In this document: positions 33,279 to 45,746 of the stretch, one piece after another
How positions within the stretch are numbered: the first letter of the stretch is position 1
How the letters are laid out: each line of letters opens with the position of its first letter
Source of the DNA: Escherichia coli
GTDB lineage: Bacteria > Pseudomonadota > Gammaproteobacteria > Enterobacterales > Enterobacteriaceae
Length of the DNA: 64,000 nt
Direction: 5' to 3' (one strand)
NCBI RefSeq assembly: GCF_024700885.2
Contig: NZ_CP117016.1
Position numbers and translations under genes: made by a program
Notes under the pieces: model-generated
The model's database searches: none
What the model was told of the DNA's origin: nothing
The model's input: the letters and a program-made list of their open reading frames with translations, nothing else

Positions 33279-33710
33279 TTATTTGCCGCGCACCAGAGGT
33301 AAGTTTTCGCCAGCCCAGCCAGCAACGCCCTCTTTCAGCACGAATACTTGCGCAAAACCAGCTTTCGTCAGCGCGTTTGCAGGCTCCTGGCACTGCATGC
33401 CAGAACCGTCTACCACGATAACCGGTTTGTCTTTGTGCTTCTCAAGCTCACCAACATTGTTGGCTTTGATTTCGCTCGGCAACAGGTTGATAGAACCTGC
33501 GATATGGCCTTTACGGAAGTCATCACGCTGACGTAAATCCACAACCACAGCGTCTTCTTTGTTGATCAGACGCGTAGCTTCACCACGAGTAATCACCTTC
33601 ACTTTCGAGGTCAGGCTCTTAAACGTAGTCACAAGAACCGCCACCAGTAACGCGATCCAGGCGATACTCAGTATGGGATGACGGCCAACAAATTGCATAA
33701 TTTCTTGCAT
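33279..33710 (-). CDS. yibN: rhodanese-domain protein
   Basis: start at internal Met ([15 protein letters not shown]) gives 143 aa; N-terminal TM segment. Confidence 0.85.
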
Positions 33711-33954
33711 GGGGGGTAACAACTCCCGACGTAGTGATTAAAAAAACCAGGAAAGGAGTATACCTGCGCGGTGCGGCAAATACAGCCAGCGCGTTAACTG
33801 GAATGCAATTTTGCGGGGCGCGACGAAAAAAAAGCGCAAATCTGGCATCGGCTTGCTGCGAGCGGTCGTATATTTTGATCTTCAGAGGCTATTTTATCGA
33901 TTCAGCTGTAGTAAAATTACGCAAATTTTGACTCTTGAGTATGAGGTTGTCGCA

Positions 33955-35499
33955 ATGTCGGTTTCTAAAAAACCTATGGTACTGGTGATTCTGGATGGCT
34001 ATGGCTATCGTGAAGAACAGCAGGATAACGCCATTTTTAGTGCTAAAACCCCGGTAATGGATGCACTGTGGGCCAATCGTCCGCATACCCTGATCGACGC
34101 TTCCGGTCTGGAAGTCGGTCTGCCTGACCGTCAGATGGGTAACTCCGAAGTAGGCCACGTTAACCTGGGTGCCGGCCGCATCGTGTATCAGGACCTGACT
34201 CGTCTGGACGTTGAAATCAAAGATCGCGCTTTCTTCGCTAACCCGGTACTGACTGGCGCGGTAGATAAAGCGAAAAACGCAGGCAAAGCAGTTCACATTA
34301 TGGGTCTGCTGTCCGCAGGCGGCGTACACAGCCACGAAGATCACATCATGGCGATGGTAGAACTGGCCGCTGAACGCGGCGCAGAAAAAATCTACCTGCA
34401 CGCATTCCTTGACGGTCGCGACACTCCACCGCGCAGTGCCGAATCCTCGCTGAAAAAATTCGAAGAAAAATTTGCCGCACTGGGCAAAGGCCGCGTAGCG
34501 TCCATCATTGGTCGTTACTACGCCATGGACCGCGATAACCGTTGGGATCGCGTTGAAAAAGCTTATGACCTGCTAACTCTGGCGCAGGGTGAGTTCCAGG
34601 CCGATACCGCCGTTGCTGGTTTGCAGGCTGCTTATGCTCGCGACGAAAACGACGAATTCGTGAAAGCGACCGTTATCCGTGCAGAAGGTCAGCCAGACGC
34701 GGCAATGGAAGACGGCGATGCGCTGATTTTCATGAACTTCCGTGCTGACCGCGCACGTGAAATCACTCGTGCATTCGTGAACGCTGATTTCGATGGCTTC
34801 GCGCGTAAGAAAGTGGTTAACGTCGATTTCGTGATGCTGACCGAATACGCCGCTGACATCAAAACTGCGGTTGCTTACCCACCCGCTTCCCTGGTTAACA
34901 CCTTCGGCGAGTGGATGGCGAAAAACGACAAAACTCAGTTACGTATTTCCGAAACCGAAAAATATGCCCACGTTACTTTCTTCTTCAACGGTGGCGTAGA
35001 AGAGTCGTTCAAAGGCGAAGATCGCATTCTGATCAACTCACCGAAAGTGGCTACCTACGATCTGCAACCGGAAATGAGCTCCGCAGAGCTGACCGAAAAA
35101 CTGGTTGCGGCAATCAAGAGCGGCAAATACGACACCATTATCTGTAACTATCCGAACGGCGACATGGTAGGTCACACCGGGGTGATGGAAGCGGCGGTTA
35201 AAGCGGTTGAAGCGCTGGATCACTGCGTGGAAGAAGTCGCGAAAGCAGTTGAGTCCGTGGGTGGACAACTGCTGATCACCGCTGACCACGGTAACGCTGA
35301 ACAGATGCGCGATCCGGCAACGGGTCAGGCACACACGGCACACACCAACCTGCCAGTTCCGCTGATTTATGTTGGTGATAAGAACGTGAAAGCGGTTGAA
35401 GGCGGCAAACTTTCTGACATCGCGCCGACCATGTTGTCGCTGATGGGTATGGAAATCCCGCAAGAGATGACTGGTAAGCCGCTGTTCATCGTGGAATAA
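33955..35499 (+). CDS. gpmM: 2,3-bisphosphoglycerate-independent phosphoglycerate mutase
   Basis: start at internal ATG 33955 ([21 protein letters not shown]) gives 514 aa. Confidence 0.95.
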   Translation: MSVSKKPMVLVILDGYGYREEQQDNAIFSAKTPVMDALWANRPHTLIDASGLEVGLPDRQMGNSEVGHVNLGAGRIVYQDLTRLDVEIKDRAFFANPVLTGAVDKAKNAGKAVHIMGLLSAGGVHSHEDHIMAMVELAAERGAEKIYLHAFLDGRDTPPRSAESSLKKFEEKFAALGKGRVASIIGRYYAMDRDNRWDRVEKAYDLLTLAQGEFQADTAVAGLQAAYARDENDEFVKATVIRAEGQPDAAMEDGDALIFMNFRADRAREITRAFVNADFDGFARKKVVNVDFVMLTEYAADIKTAVAYPPASLVNTFGEWMAKNDKTQLRISETEKYAHVTFFFNGGVEESFKGEDRILINSPKVATYDLQPEMSSAELTEKLVAAIKSGKYDTIICNYPNGDMVGHTGVMEAAVKAVEALDHCVEEVAKAVESVGGQLLITADHGNAEQMRDPATGQAHTAHTNLPVPLIYVGDKNVKAVEGGKLSDIAPTMLSLMGMEIPQEMTGKPLFIVE

Positions 35500-35532
35500 T
35501 CCCTCCCCATGAGGGGAAAGGCGATTAATACC

Positions 35533-36792
35533 ATGACACGGGCCGTGAAACCGCGCAGGTTTGCAATCAGGCCCATCATCTACGCCAGCGTTCTTAGCGC
35601 TGGCGTATTGTTGTGCGCCTTTTCCGCCCACGCGGATGAGCGTGACCAACTCAAATCTATTCAGGCAGATATCGCCGCGAAAGAGCGCGCGGTACGCCAA
35701 AAGCAACAACAACGCTCCAGCCTGCTTGCTCAGTTGAAAAAGCAGGAAGAAGCGATCTCGGAAGCCACCCGTAAGCTGCGCGAAACGCAAAACACGCTCA
35801 ATCAACTGAATAAACAGATTGATGAGATGAACGCGTCGATTGCCAAACTGGAGCAGCAAAAAGCCGCCCAGGAGCGCAGCCTCGCCGCACAACTGGATGC
35901 CGCATTCCGTCAGGGCGAGCATACCGGTATTCAGCTGATTCTCAGCGGTGAAGAAAGCCAGCGTGGACAGCGTTTACAGGCTTATTTCGGCTATCTCAAC
36001 CAGGCGCGACAAGAAACCATTGCTCAGTTGAAACAAACGCGTGAAGAAGTCGCTATGCAACGCGCCGAGCTGGAAGAGATACAGAGCGAGCAACAAACGC
36101 TGTTGTATGAGCAGCGCGCCCAACAGGCGAAGCTGACCCAGGCGCTGAACGAACGTAAAAAGACGCTGGCAGGGCTGGAGTCTTCCATCCAGCAAGGTCA
36201 GCAACAGTTGAGCGAGCTGCGCGCCAACGAATCCCGTCTGCGTAACAGCATTGCCCGTGCGGAAGCCGCGGCGAAAGCGCGTGCTGAACGAGAAGCGCGT
36301 GAGGCCCAGGCGGTTCGCGACCGCCAGAAAGAAGCGACGCGCAAAGGCACCACCTACAAACCGACCGAAAGCGAAAAATCGCTGATGTCCCGAACTGGTG
36401 GCCTGGGTGCGCCGCGTGGTCAGGCATTCTGGCCAGTTCGCGGGCCGACGCTGCATCGCTATGGCGAGCAGCTACAGGGCGAATTACGCTGGAAAGGAAT
36501 GGTTATCGGTGCCTCTGAAGGTACTGAAGTTAAAGCAATTGCCGACGGTCGGGTGATTCTGGCTGACTGGCTGCAAGGCTACGGTCTGGTGGTGGTGGTT
36601 GAGCATGGTAAAGGCGACATGAGTCTTTACGGCTATAATCAGAGCGCACTGGTGAGCGTTGGTTCGCAGATTCGCGCGGGCCAGCCGATTGCACTGGTGG
36701 GCAGCAGTGGCGGTCAGGGTCGGCCTTCACTCTATTTCGAAATTCGCCGCCAGGGTCAGGCGGTCAATCCACAGCCGTGGTTGGGAAGATAA
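35533..36792 (+). CDS. envC: murein hydrolase activator EnvC (coiled coil plus LytM domain)
   Basis: start at ATG 35533 (MTRAVKPRRFAIRP) gives 419 aa; long coiled coil then a LytM-like C-terminus. Confidence 0.93.
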   Translation: MTRAVKPRRFAIRPIIYASVLSAGVLLCAFSAHADERDQLKSIQADIAAKERAVRQKQQQRSSLLAQLKKQEEAISEATRKLRETQNTLNQLNKQIDEMNASIAKLEQQKAAQERSLAAQLDAAFRQGEHTGIQLILSGEESQRGQRLQAYFGYLNQARQETIAQLKQTREEVAMQRAELEEIQSEQQTLLYEQRAQQAKLTQALNERKKTLAGLESSIQQGQQQLSELRANESRLRNSIARAEAAAKARAEREAREAQAVRDRQKEATRKGTTYKPTESEKSLMSRTGGLGAPRGQAFWPVRGPTLHRYGEQLQGELRWKGMVIGASEGTEVKAIADGRVILADWLQGYGLVVVVEHGKGDMSLYGYNQSALVSVGSQIRAGQPIALVGSSGGQGRPSLYFEIRRQGQAVNPQPWLGR

Positions 36793-36795
36793 GTT

Positions 36796-37755
36796 TTGTT
36801 TCCATTTCGTCGTAACGTTCTTGCATTTGCCGCTCTGTTGGCGCTCTCCTCCCCCGTAATTGCTGGCAAGCTTGCCATCGTCATTGATGATTTTGGGTAT
36901 CGCCCGCACAACGAAAACCAGGTGCTGGCGATGCCTTCCGCTATCTCCGTCGCTGTATTACCCGATTCACCGCACGCCAGAGAGATGGCGACCAAAGCGC
37001 ATAACAGCGGTCACGAAGTGTTGATTCATCTACCGATGGCACCACTGAGTAAACAGCCGCTGGAGAAAAATACGCTACGCCCGGAGATGAGCAGCGACGA
37101 AATTGAGCGCATTATTCGTAGTGCGGTCAATAACGTGCCCTATGCCGTGGGGATCAACAACCACATGGGCAGCAAGATGACCTCTAACCTGTTTGGTATG
37201 CAGAAAGTGATGCAGGCGCTGGAGCGTTACAATCTTTACTTCCTCGACAGCGTAACCATCGGTAATACCCAGGCGATGCGCGCAGCGCAAGGCACTGGCG
37301 TGAAGGTGATCAAACGGAAAGTGTTCCTCGACGATTCGCAAAATGAAGCGGACATCCGTGTGCAATTCAATCGCGCAATTGACCTGGCACGTCGCAACGG
37401 TTCGACCATTGCCATTGGGCATCCTCACCCTTCAACGGTACGCGTGTTACAACAGATGGTTTATAACCTGCCGCCAGACATTACGCTGGTGAAAGCCAGC
37501 AGCTTGCTGAATGAACCGCAGGTTGATACGTCTACACCGCCGAAAAACACTGTGCCCGACACACCGCGTAATCCGTTCCGTGGCGTGAAGCTCTGCAAAC
37601 CGAAGAAACCGATAGAACCTGTTTATGCTAATCGCTTCTTTGAAGTATTAAGCGAAAGCATCAGCCAGAGCACGCTGATCGTTTACTTCCAGCATCAGTG
37701 GCAAGGCTGGGGCAAACAGCCTGAAGCGGCGAAGCTTAACGCTAGCGTAAATTAA
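36796..37755 (+). CDS. yibQ: divergent polysaccharide deacetylase-family protein
   Basis: 319-aa ORF with signal peptide; position after envC. Confidence 0.85.
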   Translation: MFPFRRNVLAFAALLALSSPVIAGKLAIVIDDFGYRPHNENQVLAMPSAISVAVLPDSPHAREMATKAHNSGHEVLIHLPMAPLSKQPLEKNTLRPEMSSDEIERIIRSAVNNVPYAVGINNHMGSKMTSNLFGMQKVMQALERYNLYFLDSVTIGNTQAMRAAQGTGVKVIKRKVFLDDSQNEADIRVQFNRAIDLARRNGSTIAIGHPHPSTVRVLQQMVYNLPPDITLVKASSLLNEPQVDTSTPPKNTVPDTPRNPFRGVKLCKPKKPIEPVYANRFFEVLSESISQSTLIVYFQHQWQGWGKQPEAAKLNASVN

Positions 37756-38776
37756 AGGCGCTACGCGTAATGCGATGGTGCGACCGCGTTTTGTCGCGCC
37801 ATTGCCATAAGCGGAAAGACCACAGTAACGCCTGATAACCCACCTTCACGCTGCGCACATTGGTAATCAGGCGCTTATACATACCGGAAGTAAATATCTC
37901 GGCAATCATCCGTTGGCGGGTAATAATATCCGGCTCTTTGCGCACCGCATGGCAAACACGCAATGCTTCGTAAGTTATTTGCTGATGAAATTCCGGATAA
38001 ATCGTAATTTTGTCGGCATAATTTCGATTTAATTTCTCTAGCAGGCGGGTAATCTTAATATAGTGACGTTGATAATTAAGGTTTTTATTCCCTTGTCTGT
38101 TCAACCGACTCACTGACGTATTATGCAGATAATATTTATATAACGATTGCTCGGTATATCGCGCACGCAGCGCGTTAAACATGAATTCTGTTGTCCAGAC
38201 AATATCCTGATGATGTAATCCGGCAATAAATTTAATGTTATTTTTTACAATAACATCGCGGCGATAAATCCCCATCCAGACAACGTGAGTCCAACGGCGG
38301 GAAGAAAGCCCCATCCGCAACCAATCCGGGCCGGTTAATACGCCGGTTGAGCGAAGGCGATCGGTGGGGATGGATTGCCAGGTTTCTCCCGTTTCACGAA
38401 AACACCAGTCAGCGTTGCACTGCGCCACGTCGAGGTCGTCCTCTAACGCCATGGTCATCAGCGTTTCGTACATGGTGGGATACACCTCATCGTCAGCATC
38501 GACAAAAGCGACATATTTGCCCGTCGCCGCCTCGATCCCACGATTACGCGCCACCGATGCGCCAGCATTCGCCTGATGCAACAAACGAACGTGCGGATAG
38601 TTTTCTGCGTAATGCTTTGCTATTTCAACAGAATTATCCGTTGAACCATCGTTAATAATAATGATTTCCAGAGCAGTCCAGGTTTGCGTAATTAAAGATT
38701 CCATACACGTGCGGAAATCATCGCCCGCATTATATAACGGGATAATAACACTAAGTTTATTGGTGCTGTTCATCAT
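37742..38776 (-). CDS. waaH: family-2 glycosyltransferase
   Basis: 344-aa [24 protein letters not shown] with DxD motif region (VDADD); formerly yibD. Confidence 0.85.
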   Translation of the reverse strand: MMNSTNKLSVIIPLYNAGDDFRTCMESLITQTWTALEIIIINDGSTDNSVEIAKHYAENYPHVRLLHQANAGASVARNRGIEAATGKYVAFVDADDEVYPTMYETLMTMALEDDLDVAQCNADWCFRETGETWQSIPTDRLRSTGVLTGPDWLRMGLSSRRWTHVVWMGIYRRDVIVKNNIKFIAGLHHQDIVWTTEFMFNALRARYTEQSLYKYYLHNTSVSRLNRQGNKNLNYQRHYIKITRLLEKLNRNYADKITIYPEFHQQITYEALRVCHAVRKEPDIITRQRMIAEIFTSGMYKRLITNVRSVKVGYQALLWSFRLWQWRDKTRSHHRITRSAFNLR

Positions 38777-38985
38777 AAATTACCGACGACCTCTGAAGTT
38801 ATCCTGACGTTTTACAGGCTTTGTATTAAGAAACTATTAAGCCTGTGAGATATTATTTTTACAGGTGAGAGAGTCACTTCAGGGTAGAGAGATAATGAGA
38901 ACAGCTATATAAGAGATCAGCGCAATTACCCATTCTTTATTTTACTGACAGCATTTTACATATTTAACAGATTATCCTCAGGAAA

Positions 38986-39007
38986 AAGGGCTGGAATACC
39001 AGCCCTT
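38986..39007 (-). terminator. rho-independent terminator downstream of tdh
   Basis: aagggctgg-aata-ccagccctt; on the minus-strand transcript the hairpin is followed by UUUUUCC. Confidence 0.6.
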
Positions 39008-39014
39008 GTTTGTG

Positions 39015-40040
39015 TTAATCCCAGCTCAGGATAACTTTCCCGGACTGGCCCGAACGCATGGCGTCAAAGCCCTTCTGGAAATCATCGATAGAGAAACGAT
39101 GGGTAATGATCGGCGAAAGATCGAGGCCAGACTGAATCAGCGCCGCCATCTTGTACCAGGTTTCAAACATCTCACGACCGTAAATACCTTTAATGAACAA
39201 TCCTTTAAAGATCACTTTGGTCCAGTCGATAGACATATCAGACGGTGGAATACCCAGCATCGCAATACGACCGCCGTGGTTCATGGTGTCGAGCATGGTA
39301 CGAAACGCTGGCGGCGCACCGGACATTTCCAGACCGACATCAAAGCCTTCGGTCATGCCCAGTTCTGCCATCACATCATTGAGGTTCTCTTTAGCGACGT
39401 TAACCGCACGGGTGATACCCATTTTACGCGCCAACTCAAGGCGGTATTCGTTAACATCAGTAATCACCACGTTACGTGCACCAACGTGTTTCGCCACCGC
39501 CGCCGCCATAATACCAATCGGGCCTGCACCAGAGACCAGCACATCCTCGCCCACCAGATCAAACGACAGCGCGGTATGCACGGCGTTACCGAAGGGATCA
39601 AAAATGGAAGCCAGATCATCGGAGATATTGTCAGGGATTTTGAAGGCGTTGAACGCCGGAATCACCAGATACTCGGCGAAGCAGCCCGGACGGTTAACAC
39701 CGACGCCGATCGTGTTGCGGCACAGATGGGTACGACCGCCACGACAGTTGCGACAGTGACCGCAGGTGATATGGCCTTCGCCAGAAACGCGATCGCCAAT
39801 CTTGAAGCCTTTCACTTCCTGACCAATACCTACCACTTCACCGACATATTCATGGCCCACGACCATCGGCACCGGGATAGTTTTTTGCGACCACTCATCC
39901 CAGTTATAGATGTGAACGTCAGTCCCGCAGATGGCTGTTTTACGGATTTTAATCAGCAGATCGTTATGCCCGAGTTCCGGTACAGGAACGTCGGTCATCC
40001 AGATGCCCTCTTCCGCTTTCAGTTTGGATAACGCTTTCAT
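39015..40040 (-). CDS. tdh: L-threonine 3-dehydrogenase
   Basis: 341-aa [35 protein letters not shown]; zinc-ADH family. Confidence 0.96.
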
Positions 40041-40049
40041 CTCACATCC

Positions 40050-41246
40050 TCAGGCGATAACGCCCAGTTGTTTACCAATACGCGTGAATGCTTCTACTGC
40101 ACGCGTAATTTGCTCAGGGGTATGCGCCGCAGACATCTGGGTACGAATACGCGCCTGACCTTTCGGAACGACCGGATAGAAGAAACCGGTGACGTAAATC
40201 CCCTCTTTTTGCAGCTCACGAGCAAATTTCTGCGCTACTACCGCATCGCCAAGCATGACCGGAATAATGGCGTGATCGGCTCCCGCCAGGGTAAAGCCCG
40301 CCGCCGACATTTGCTCACGGAACTGACGCGCGTTCGCCCACAGACGGTCACGCAGCTCGCTACCCGCTTCGACCATCTCCAGCACTTTGATGGAAGCGGC
40401 AACAATGGCCGGTGCCAGCGAGTTGGAGAACAGGTACGGACGAGAACGCTGGCGCAGCCACTCAACCACTTCTTTGCGCGCCGCGGTATAACCACCAGAA
40501 GCCCCGCCCAGCGCTTTACCAAGCGTACCGGTGATAATATCGACCCGGCCCATCACATCGCAGTATTCATGGGAACCACGACCATTTTCACCGACAAAAC
40601 CGACCGCGTGGGAGTCGTCTACCATCACCAGGGCATCGTATTTATCTGCCAGATCGCAAACGCCCTTCAGGTTGGCAATCACGCCGTCCATTGAGAACAC
40701 ACCATCGGTGGCAATCAGCACATGACGCGCACCGGCTTCACGCGCTTCTTTCAGACGTGCTTCCAGCTCCTGCATATCGTTGTTGGCATAACGATAGCGT
40801 TTAGCTTTGCACAGACGCACACCATCAATAATAGACGCGTGGTTCAGTGCGTCGGAGATAATGGCGTCTTCCGCGCCCAACAGCGTTTCGAACAGGCCAC
40901 CGTTAGCATCAAAGCAGGAAGAGTAGAGAATCGCATCTTCCATCCCCAGGAAGGCCGCCAGTTTTTGTTCAAGCTCTTTATGGCTGTCCTGAGTGCCGCA
41001 AATAAAACGCACCGAAGCCATGCCGAAACCGTGAGAATCCATTCCCGCCTTTGCCGCCGCAATCAGATCCGGATGATTCGCCAGTCCGAGATAGTTATTG
41101 GCACAAAAGTTAATGACGTGGCTTCCATCAGCCACAGTGATATCTGCTTGCTGCGCAGACGTAATAATGCGCTCTTCTTTAAACAACCCTTCCGCCCGTG
41201 CGGTTTCCAGATCGTTGGTTAACTGCTGATAAAATTCTCCACGCAT
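40050..41246 (-). CDS. kbl: 2-amino-3-ketobutyrate CoA ligase
   Basis: 398-aa [39 protein letters not shown]-dependent family. Confidence 0.96.
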   Translation of the reverse strand: MRGEFYQQLTNDLETARAEGLFKEERIITSAQQADITVADGSHVINFCANNYLGLANHPDLIAAAKAGMDSHGFGMASVRFICGTQDSHKELEQKLAAFLGMEDAILYSSCFDANGGLFETLLGAEDAIISDALNHASIIDGVRLCKAKRYRYANNDMQELEARLKEAREAGARHVLIATDGVFSMDGVIANLKGVCDLADKYDALVMVDDSHAVGFVGENGRGSHEYCDVMGRVDIITGTLGKALGGASGGYTAARKEVVEWLRQRSRPYLFSNSLAPAIVAASIKVLEMVEAGSELRDRLWANARQFREQMSAAGFTLAGADHAIIPVMLGDAVVAQKFARELQKEGIYVTGFFYPVVPKGQARIRTQMSAAHTPEQITRAVEAFTRIGKQLGVIA

Positions 41247-41459
41247 TGCGATTCTCCAGACAGGGCAAATTCCAGCACATATTACCCAAACTTATAGGTC
41301 GCGACGAGATGACGCGTTAACACTTCTGCAAAATTCAGGATAAATAACGTCCATCAATCTCACTTTTGGCGAATGGCTGAAGCCAACGCCGTGTAGTGAT
41401 ATGATAGAAGCATTCGTGTCTGAGATTGTCTCTGACTCCATAATTCGAAGGTTACAGTT

Positions 41460-42392
41460 ATGATCATCGTTACCGGCGGCGCGGGCTTTATCGGCAGCAA
41501 CATCGTTAAAGCCCTGAATGACAAAGGCATCACCGATATTCTGGTGGTGGATAACCTGAAAGACGGCACCAAGTTTGTGAACCTGGTGGATCTGGATATC
41601 GCGGACTATATGGATAAGGAAGACTTCCTGATCCAGATTATGGCTGGCGAAGAGTTCGGCGATGTCGAAGCGATTTTCCACGAAGGTGCGTGCTCTTCCA
41701 CCACCGAGTGGGACGGCAAGTATATGATGGATAACAACTATCAATACTCCAAAGAGCTGCTGCACTACTGCCTGGAGCGCGAAATCCCGTTCCTGTACGC
41801 TTCTTCTGCAGCCACTTACGGCGGTCGCACCTCCGACTTTATTGAATCCCGCGAATATGAAAAACCGTTGAATGTCTACGGTTACTCAAAATTCCTGTTT
41901 GATGAATATGTTCGCCAAATCCTGCCGGAAGCCAACTCGCAGATTGTTGGCTTCCGCTATTTCAACGTTTATGGACCGCGTGAAGGCCATAAAGGCAGCA
42001 TGGCGAGCGTCGCTTTCCATCTCAACACTCAGCTTAACAACGGTGAATCACCGAAGCTGTTCGAAGGTAGCGAGAACTTCAAACGTGACTTCGTCTATGT
42101 GGGCGACGTGGCAGATGTAAACCTGTGGTTCCTGGAAAATGGCGTTTCCGGCATCTTCAACCTCGGTACTGGTCGTGCGGAATCCTTCCAGGCGGTAGCC
42201 GATGCAACGCTTGCTTATCACAAGAAAGGCCAGATCGAATACATTCCGTTCCCGGATAAACTGAAAGGCCGCTATCAGGCGTTCACGCAGGCAGATCTGA
42301 CGAATCTGCGCGCGGCGGGTTATGACAAACCGTTCAAAACCGTTGCCGAAGGCGTAACGGAATATATGGCCTGGCTGAATCGCGACGCATAA
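41460..42392 (+). CDS. hldD: ADP-L-glycero-D-manno-heptose 6-epimerase
   Basis: 310-aa [26 protein letters not shown]; formerly rfaD. Confidence 0.96.
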
Positions 42393-42401
42393 GAGCTCTG
42401 C

Positions 42402-43448
42402 ATGAAAATACTGGTGATCGGCCCGTCTTGGGTTGGCGACATGATGATGTCGCAAAGTCTCTATCGCACGCTCCAGGCGCGCTATCCCCAGGCGATAATC
42501 GATGTGATGGCACCGGCATGGTGCCGTCCATTATTATCGCGGATGCCGGAAGTTAACGAAGCTATCCCTATGCCTCTCGGTCACGGAGCGCTGGAAATCG
42601 GCGAACGCCGCAAACTGGGTCATAGCCTGCGTGAAAAGCGCTACGACCGCGCCTACATCTTACCCAACTCCTTCAAATCTGCATTAGTGCCTTTCTTCGC
42701 GGGTATTCCTCATCGCACCGGCTGGCGCGGCGAGATGCGCTACGGTTTACTCAACGATGTACGTGTGCTCGATAAAGAAGCCTGGCCGCTAATGGTGGAA
42801 CGCTATGTCGCGCTGGCCTATGACAAAGGCGTTATGCGCACAGCACAAGATCTGCCGCAACCATTGTTATGGCCGCAGTTGCAGGTGAGCGAAGGTGAAA
42901 AATCATATACCTGTAATCAATTTTCGCTTTCATCAGAACGTCCGATGATTGGCTTTTGCCCGGGTGCGGAGTTTGGTCCGGCAAAACGCTGGCCACACTA
43001 CCACTATGCAGAACTGGCAAAGCAACTGATTGATGAAGGTTATCAGGTGGTTCTGTTTGGCTCGGCGAAAGATCATGAAGCGGGCAATGAGATTCTTGCC
43101 GCTTTAAATACCGAGCAGCAGGCATGGTGCCGGAACCTGGCAGGGGAAACACAGCTTGATCAAGCGGTTATCCTGATTGCAGCCTGTAAAGCCATTGTCA
43201 CTAACGATTCTGGCCTGATGCACGTTGCGGCGGCGCTCAATCGTCCGCTGGTTGCCTTGTATGGTCCGAGTAGCCCGGACTTCACACCGCCGCTATCCCA
43301 TAAAGCACGCGTGATCCGCCTGATTACCGGCTATCACAAAGTGCGTAAAGGTGACGCTGCGGAGGGTTATCACCAGAGCTTGATCGACATTACTCCCCAG
43401 CGCGTACTGGAAGAACTCAACGCGCTATTGTTACAAGAGGAAACCTGA
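42402..43448 (+). CDS. waaF: LPS heptosyltransferase II
   Basis: 348-aa ORF MKILVIGPSWVGDMMMSQSLYRTL. Confidence 0.95.
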   Translation: MKILVIGPSWVGDMMMSQSLYRTLQARYPQAIIDVMAPAWCRPLLSRMPEVNEAIPMPLGHGALEIGERRKLGHSLREKRYDRAYILPNSFKSALVPFFAGIPHRTGWRGEMRYGLLNDVRVLDKEAWPLMVERYVALAYDKGVMRTAQDLPQPLLWPQLQVSEGEKSYTCNQFSLSSERPMIGFCPGAEFGPAKRWPHYHYAELAKQLIDEGYQVVLFGSAKDHEAGNEILAALNTEQQAWCRNLAGETQLDQAVILIAACKAIVTNDSGLMHVAAALNRPLVALYGPSSPDFTPPLSHKARVIRLITGYHKVRKGDAAEGYHQSLIDITPQRVLEELNALLLQEET

Positions 43449-43451
43449 CGG

Positions 43452-44411
43452 ATGCGGGTTTTGATCGTTAAAACATCGTCGATGGGCGATGTTCTCCATA
43501 CGCTGCCCGCACTCACTGATGCCCAGCAGGCAATCCCAGGGATTAAGTTTGACTGGGTGGTGGAAGAAGGGTTCGCACAGATTCCTTCCTGGCACGCCGC
43601 CGTTGAGCGAGTTATTCCTGTGGCAATACGTCGCTGGCGTAAAGCCTGGTTCTCGGCCCCCATAAAAGCTGAACGGAAAGCGTTTCGTGAAGCGCTACAA
43701 GCAGAGAACTATGACGCAGTTATCGACGCTCAGGGGCTGGTAAAAAGCGCGGCGCTGGTGACGCGTCTGGCGCATGGCGTAAAGCATGGAATGGACTGGC
43801 AAACCGCTCGCGAACCTTTAGCCAGCCTGTTTTACAATCGTAAGCATCATATTGCAAAACAGCAGCACGCCGTAGAACGCACCCGCGAACTGTTTGCCAA
43901 AAGTCTGGGCTATAGCAAACCGCAAACCCAGGGCGATTATGCTATTGCACAGCATTTCTTGACGAACCTGCCTACAGATGCTGGCGAATATGCCGTATTT
44001 CTTCATGCGACGACCCGTGATGATAAACACTGGCCGGAAGAACACTGGCGAGATTTGATTGGTTTACTGGCAGATTCAGGAATACGGATTAAACTTCCGT
44101 GGGGCGCGCCGCATGAGGAAGAACGGGCGAAACGACTGGCGGAAGGATTTGCTTATGTTGAAGTATTGCCGAAGATGAGTCTGGAAGGCGTTGCCCGCGT
44201 GCTGGCTGGGGCTAAATTTGTAGTGTCGGTGGATACGGGGTTAAGCCATTTAACGGCGGCACTGGATAGACCGAATATCACGGTTTATGGACCAACCGAT
44301 CCGGGATTAATTGGCGGATATGGGAAGAATCAGGTGGTTTGTAGGGCTCCGCTAATGAATTTAAATAATTTAGAAGCAGCGGCTGTTTATAAAAAAATCA
44401 CATTAATTTAA
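43452..44411 (+). CDS. waaC: LPS heptosyltransferase I
   Basis: 319-aa ORF MRVLIVKTSSMGDVLHTLPALTDA. Confidence 0.95.
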   Translation: MRVLIVKTSSMGDVLHTLPALTDAQQAIPGIKFDWVVEEGFAQIPSWHAAVERVIPVAIRRWRKAWFSAPIKAERKAFREALQAENYDAVIDAQGLVKSAALVTRLAHGVKHGMDWQTAREPLASLFYNRKHHIAKQQHAVERTRELFAKSLGYSKPQTQGDYAIAQHFLTNLPTDAGEYAVFLHATTRDDKHWPEEHWRDLIGLLADSGIRIKLPWGAPHEEERAKRLAEGFAYVEVLPKMSLEGVARVLAGAKFVVSVDTGLSHLTAALDRPNITVYGPTDPGLIGGYGKNQVVCRAPLMNLNNLEAAAVYKKITLI

Positions 44412-44458
44412 TAAATAGTAAGTGGGCATTATACCCACTTACTTAGTCAACGCTTTTA

Positions 44459-45712
44459 TTATTGTGGTTCATTTTTACTCAAAAACGATATAGACAGGAA
44501 GAGGCACACAATCCACGATGCCGGTATTGGTTTAGCATGTGTAATGACATCACTAATGCCAAATAACATAATAGAAGCAGGGAAAACCAAGAGTATATAT
44601 TTTTTCTCTCGTATACAGTAATAGATCATTGCAACATAGAACATAATAAGAACAAGAAGACCAATTTTTCCTTTCGTGGAAAGAGATTCCACAATTTCGT
44701 TATGCATATGTACATCAAGGAATAATAAAGCTCCACTATAAATATTATTTTCTGCACTTAATGCTTTTATCTTTTCAGCACGCTGCTCAAGAGATTGCCA
44801 ATTAAAACCATCAGGACTTCCTTTAATTCCTGCATTAACCATTGCAAAACGTGCTCCGACCGAGGATTGACTGTTATTTTTTGTAGCATATGAAATAACA
44901 TCAGCTTTTAATGAATTAATTCGCCTATCAATTTCCTTATTAAATATCAAACCACAAGCAAGTAGCAATATAAAAACACCACTCAATCCTTTAAATAAAA
45001 ACACTTTTTGATCACGATGCTGAAGAAATAATATGACCATAATCATAAGTGGGAATGTGAAAATTGCCGCACGCGTTCCTGTCATCATTACTGCTGCAAA
45101 GCTTAAAGCAAAGTTAGCATAAAATAGAAACCATTTATATTTCGATTGCATTTTTATGAATACAATTGAAGAATATAAAGTTGTAAATGTAATCACATAA
45201 GCCGCAATAGTCGCTGCCCCCATCTGACCAATATTCCCATTCATGGCGGAGAGGGGAATGCGGTCTGCATGCAAATATATCCCTTGATAATATGCTCTAC
45301 ATAGCATGATTATTTGAACTAAGATAGCTGAAATAAAATGTAGTTTTTCATTTTGCCTGAATTTATTTTTACTTAGTAATAAAAATGTCAACGAGCTAAA
45401 TACTAATAGTTTTCCAGACTCAAGGTAGCCTCGATAAGCATTTCTATATACTACATCTTCTGTTTTATAAAATTCATACCATATAAGGTTCATTGCACCC
45501 AAAAGAAGTAAACCAAGAATTAATATAATGACATTTTTATTATAATTGTGCTTTTTATTTACAATTAATAAGAAAAGAGAAAATGCACCTGTCGCATTAA
45601 TTATTTTAGTGGTGATATTAAGATCAATTGGCACAAACAACAAACCGATTAAATACAATAAAAAAATAAAATTACAGCTATTATTTCGAAATTGCTCAAT
45701 TTTTACTTCCAC
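44459..45712 (-). CDS. waaL: O-antigen ligase
   Basis: 417-aa polytopic membrane ORF, AT-rich; position at the end of the waa outer-core operon. Confidence 0.85.
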   Translation of the reverse strand: MEVKIEQFRNNSCNFIFLLYLIGLLFVPIDLNITTKIINATGAFSLFLLIVNKKHNYNKNVIILILGLLLLGAMNLIWYEFYKTEDVVYRNAYRGYLESGKLLVFSSLTFLLLSKNKFRQNEKLHFISAILVQIIMLCRAYYQGIYLHADRIPLSAMNGNIGQMGAATIAAYVITFTTLYSSIVFIKMQSKYKWFLFYANFALSFAAVMMTGTRAAIFTFPLMIMVILFLQHRDQKVFLFKGLSGVFILLLACGLIFNKEIDRRINSLKADVISYATKNNSQSSVGARFAMVNAGIKGSPDGFNWQSLEQRAEKIKALSAENNIYSGALLFLDVHMHNEIVESLSTKGKIGLLVLIMFYVAMIYYCIREKKYILLVFPASIMLFGISDVITHAKPIPASWIVCLFLSISFLSKNEPQ

Positions 45713-45746
45713 GTTAATATCTCACAACAAATTGAAATTAACAATC

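Noticed and set aside
33734-33954. N-terminal extension of gpmM from 33811 and small ORF 33734-33931
   Set aside because: The canonical start [18 protein letters not shown] at 33955 gives the expected 514-aa enzyme; the upstream part is promoter/leader.
39006-40031. 341-codon plus-strand ORF mirroring tdh
   Set aside because: Exact antisense overlap with tdh, which has a recognisable dehydrogenase sequence; the plus-strand translation is low-complexity and R/H-rich.
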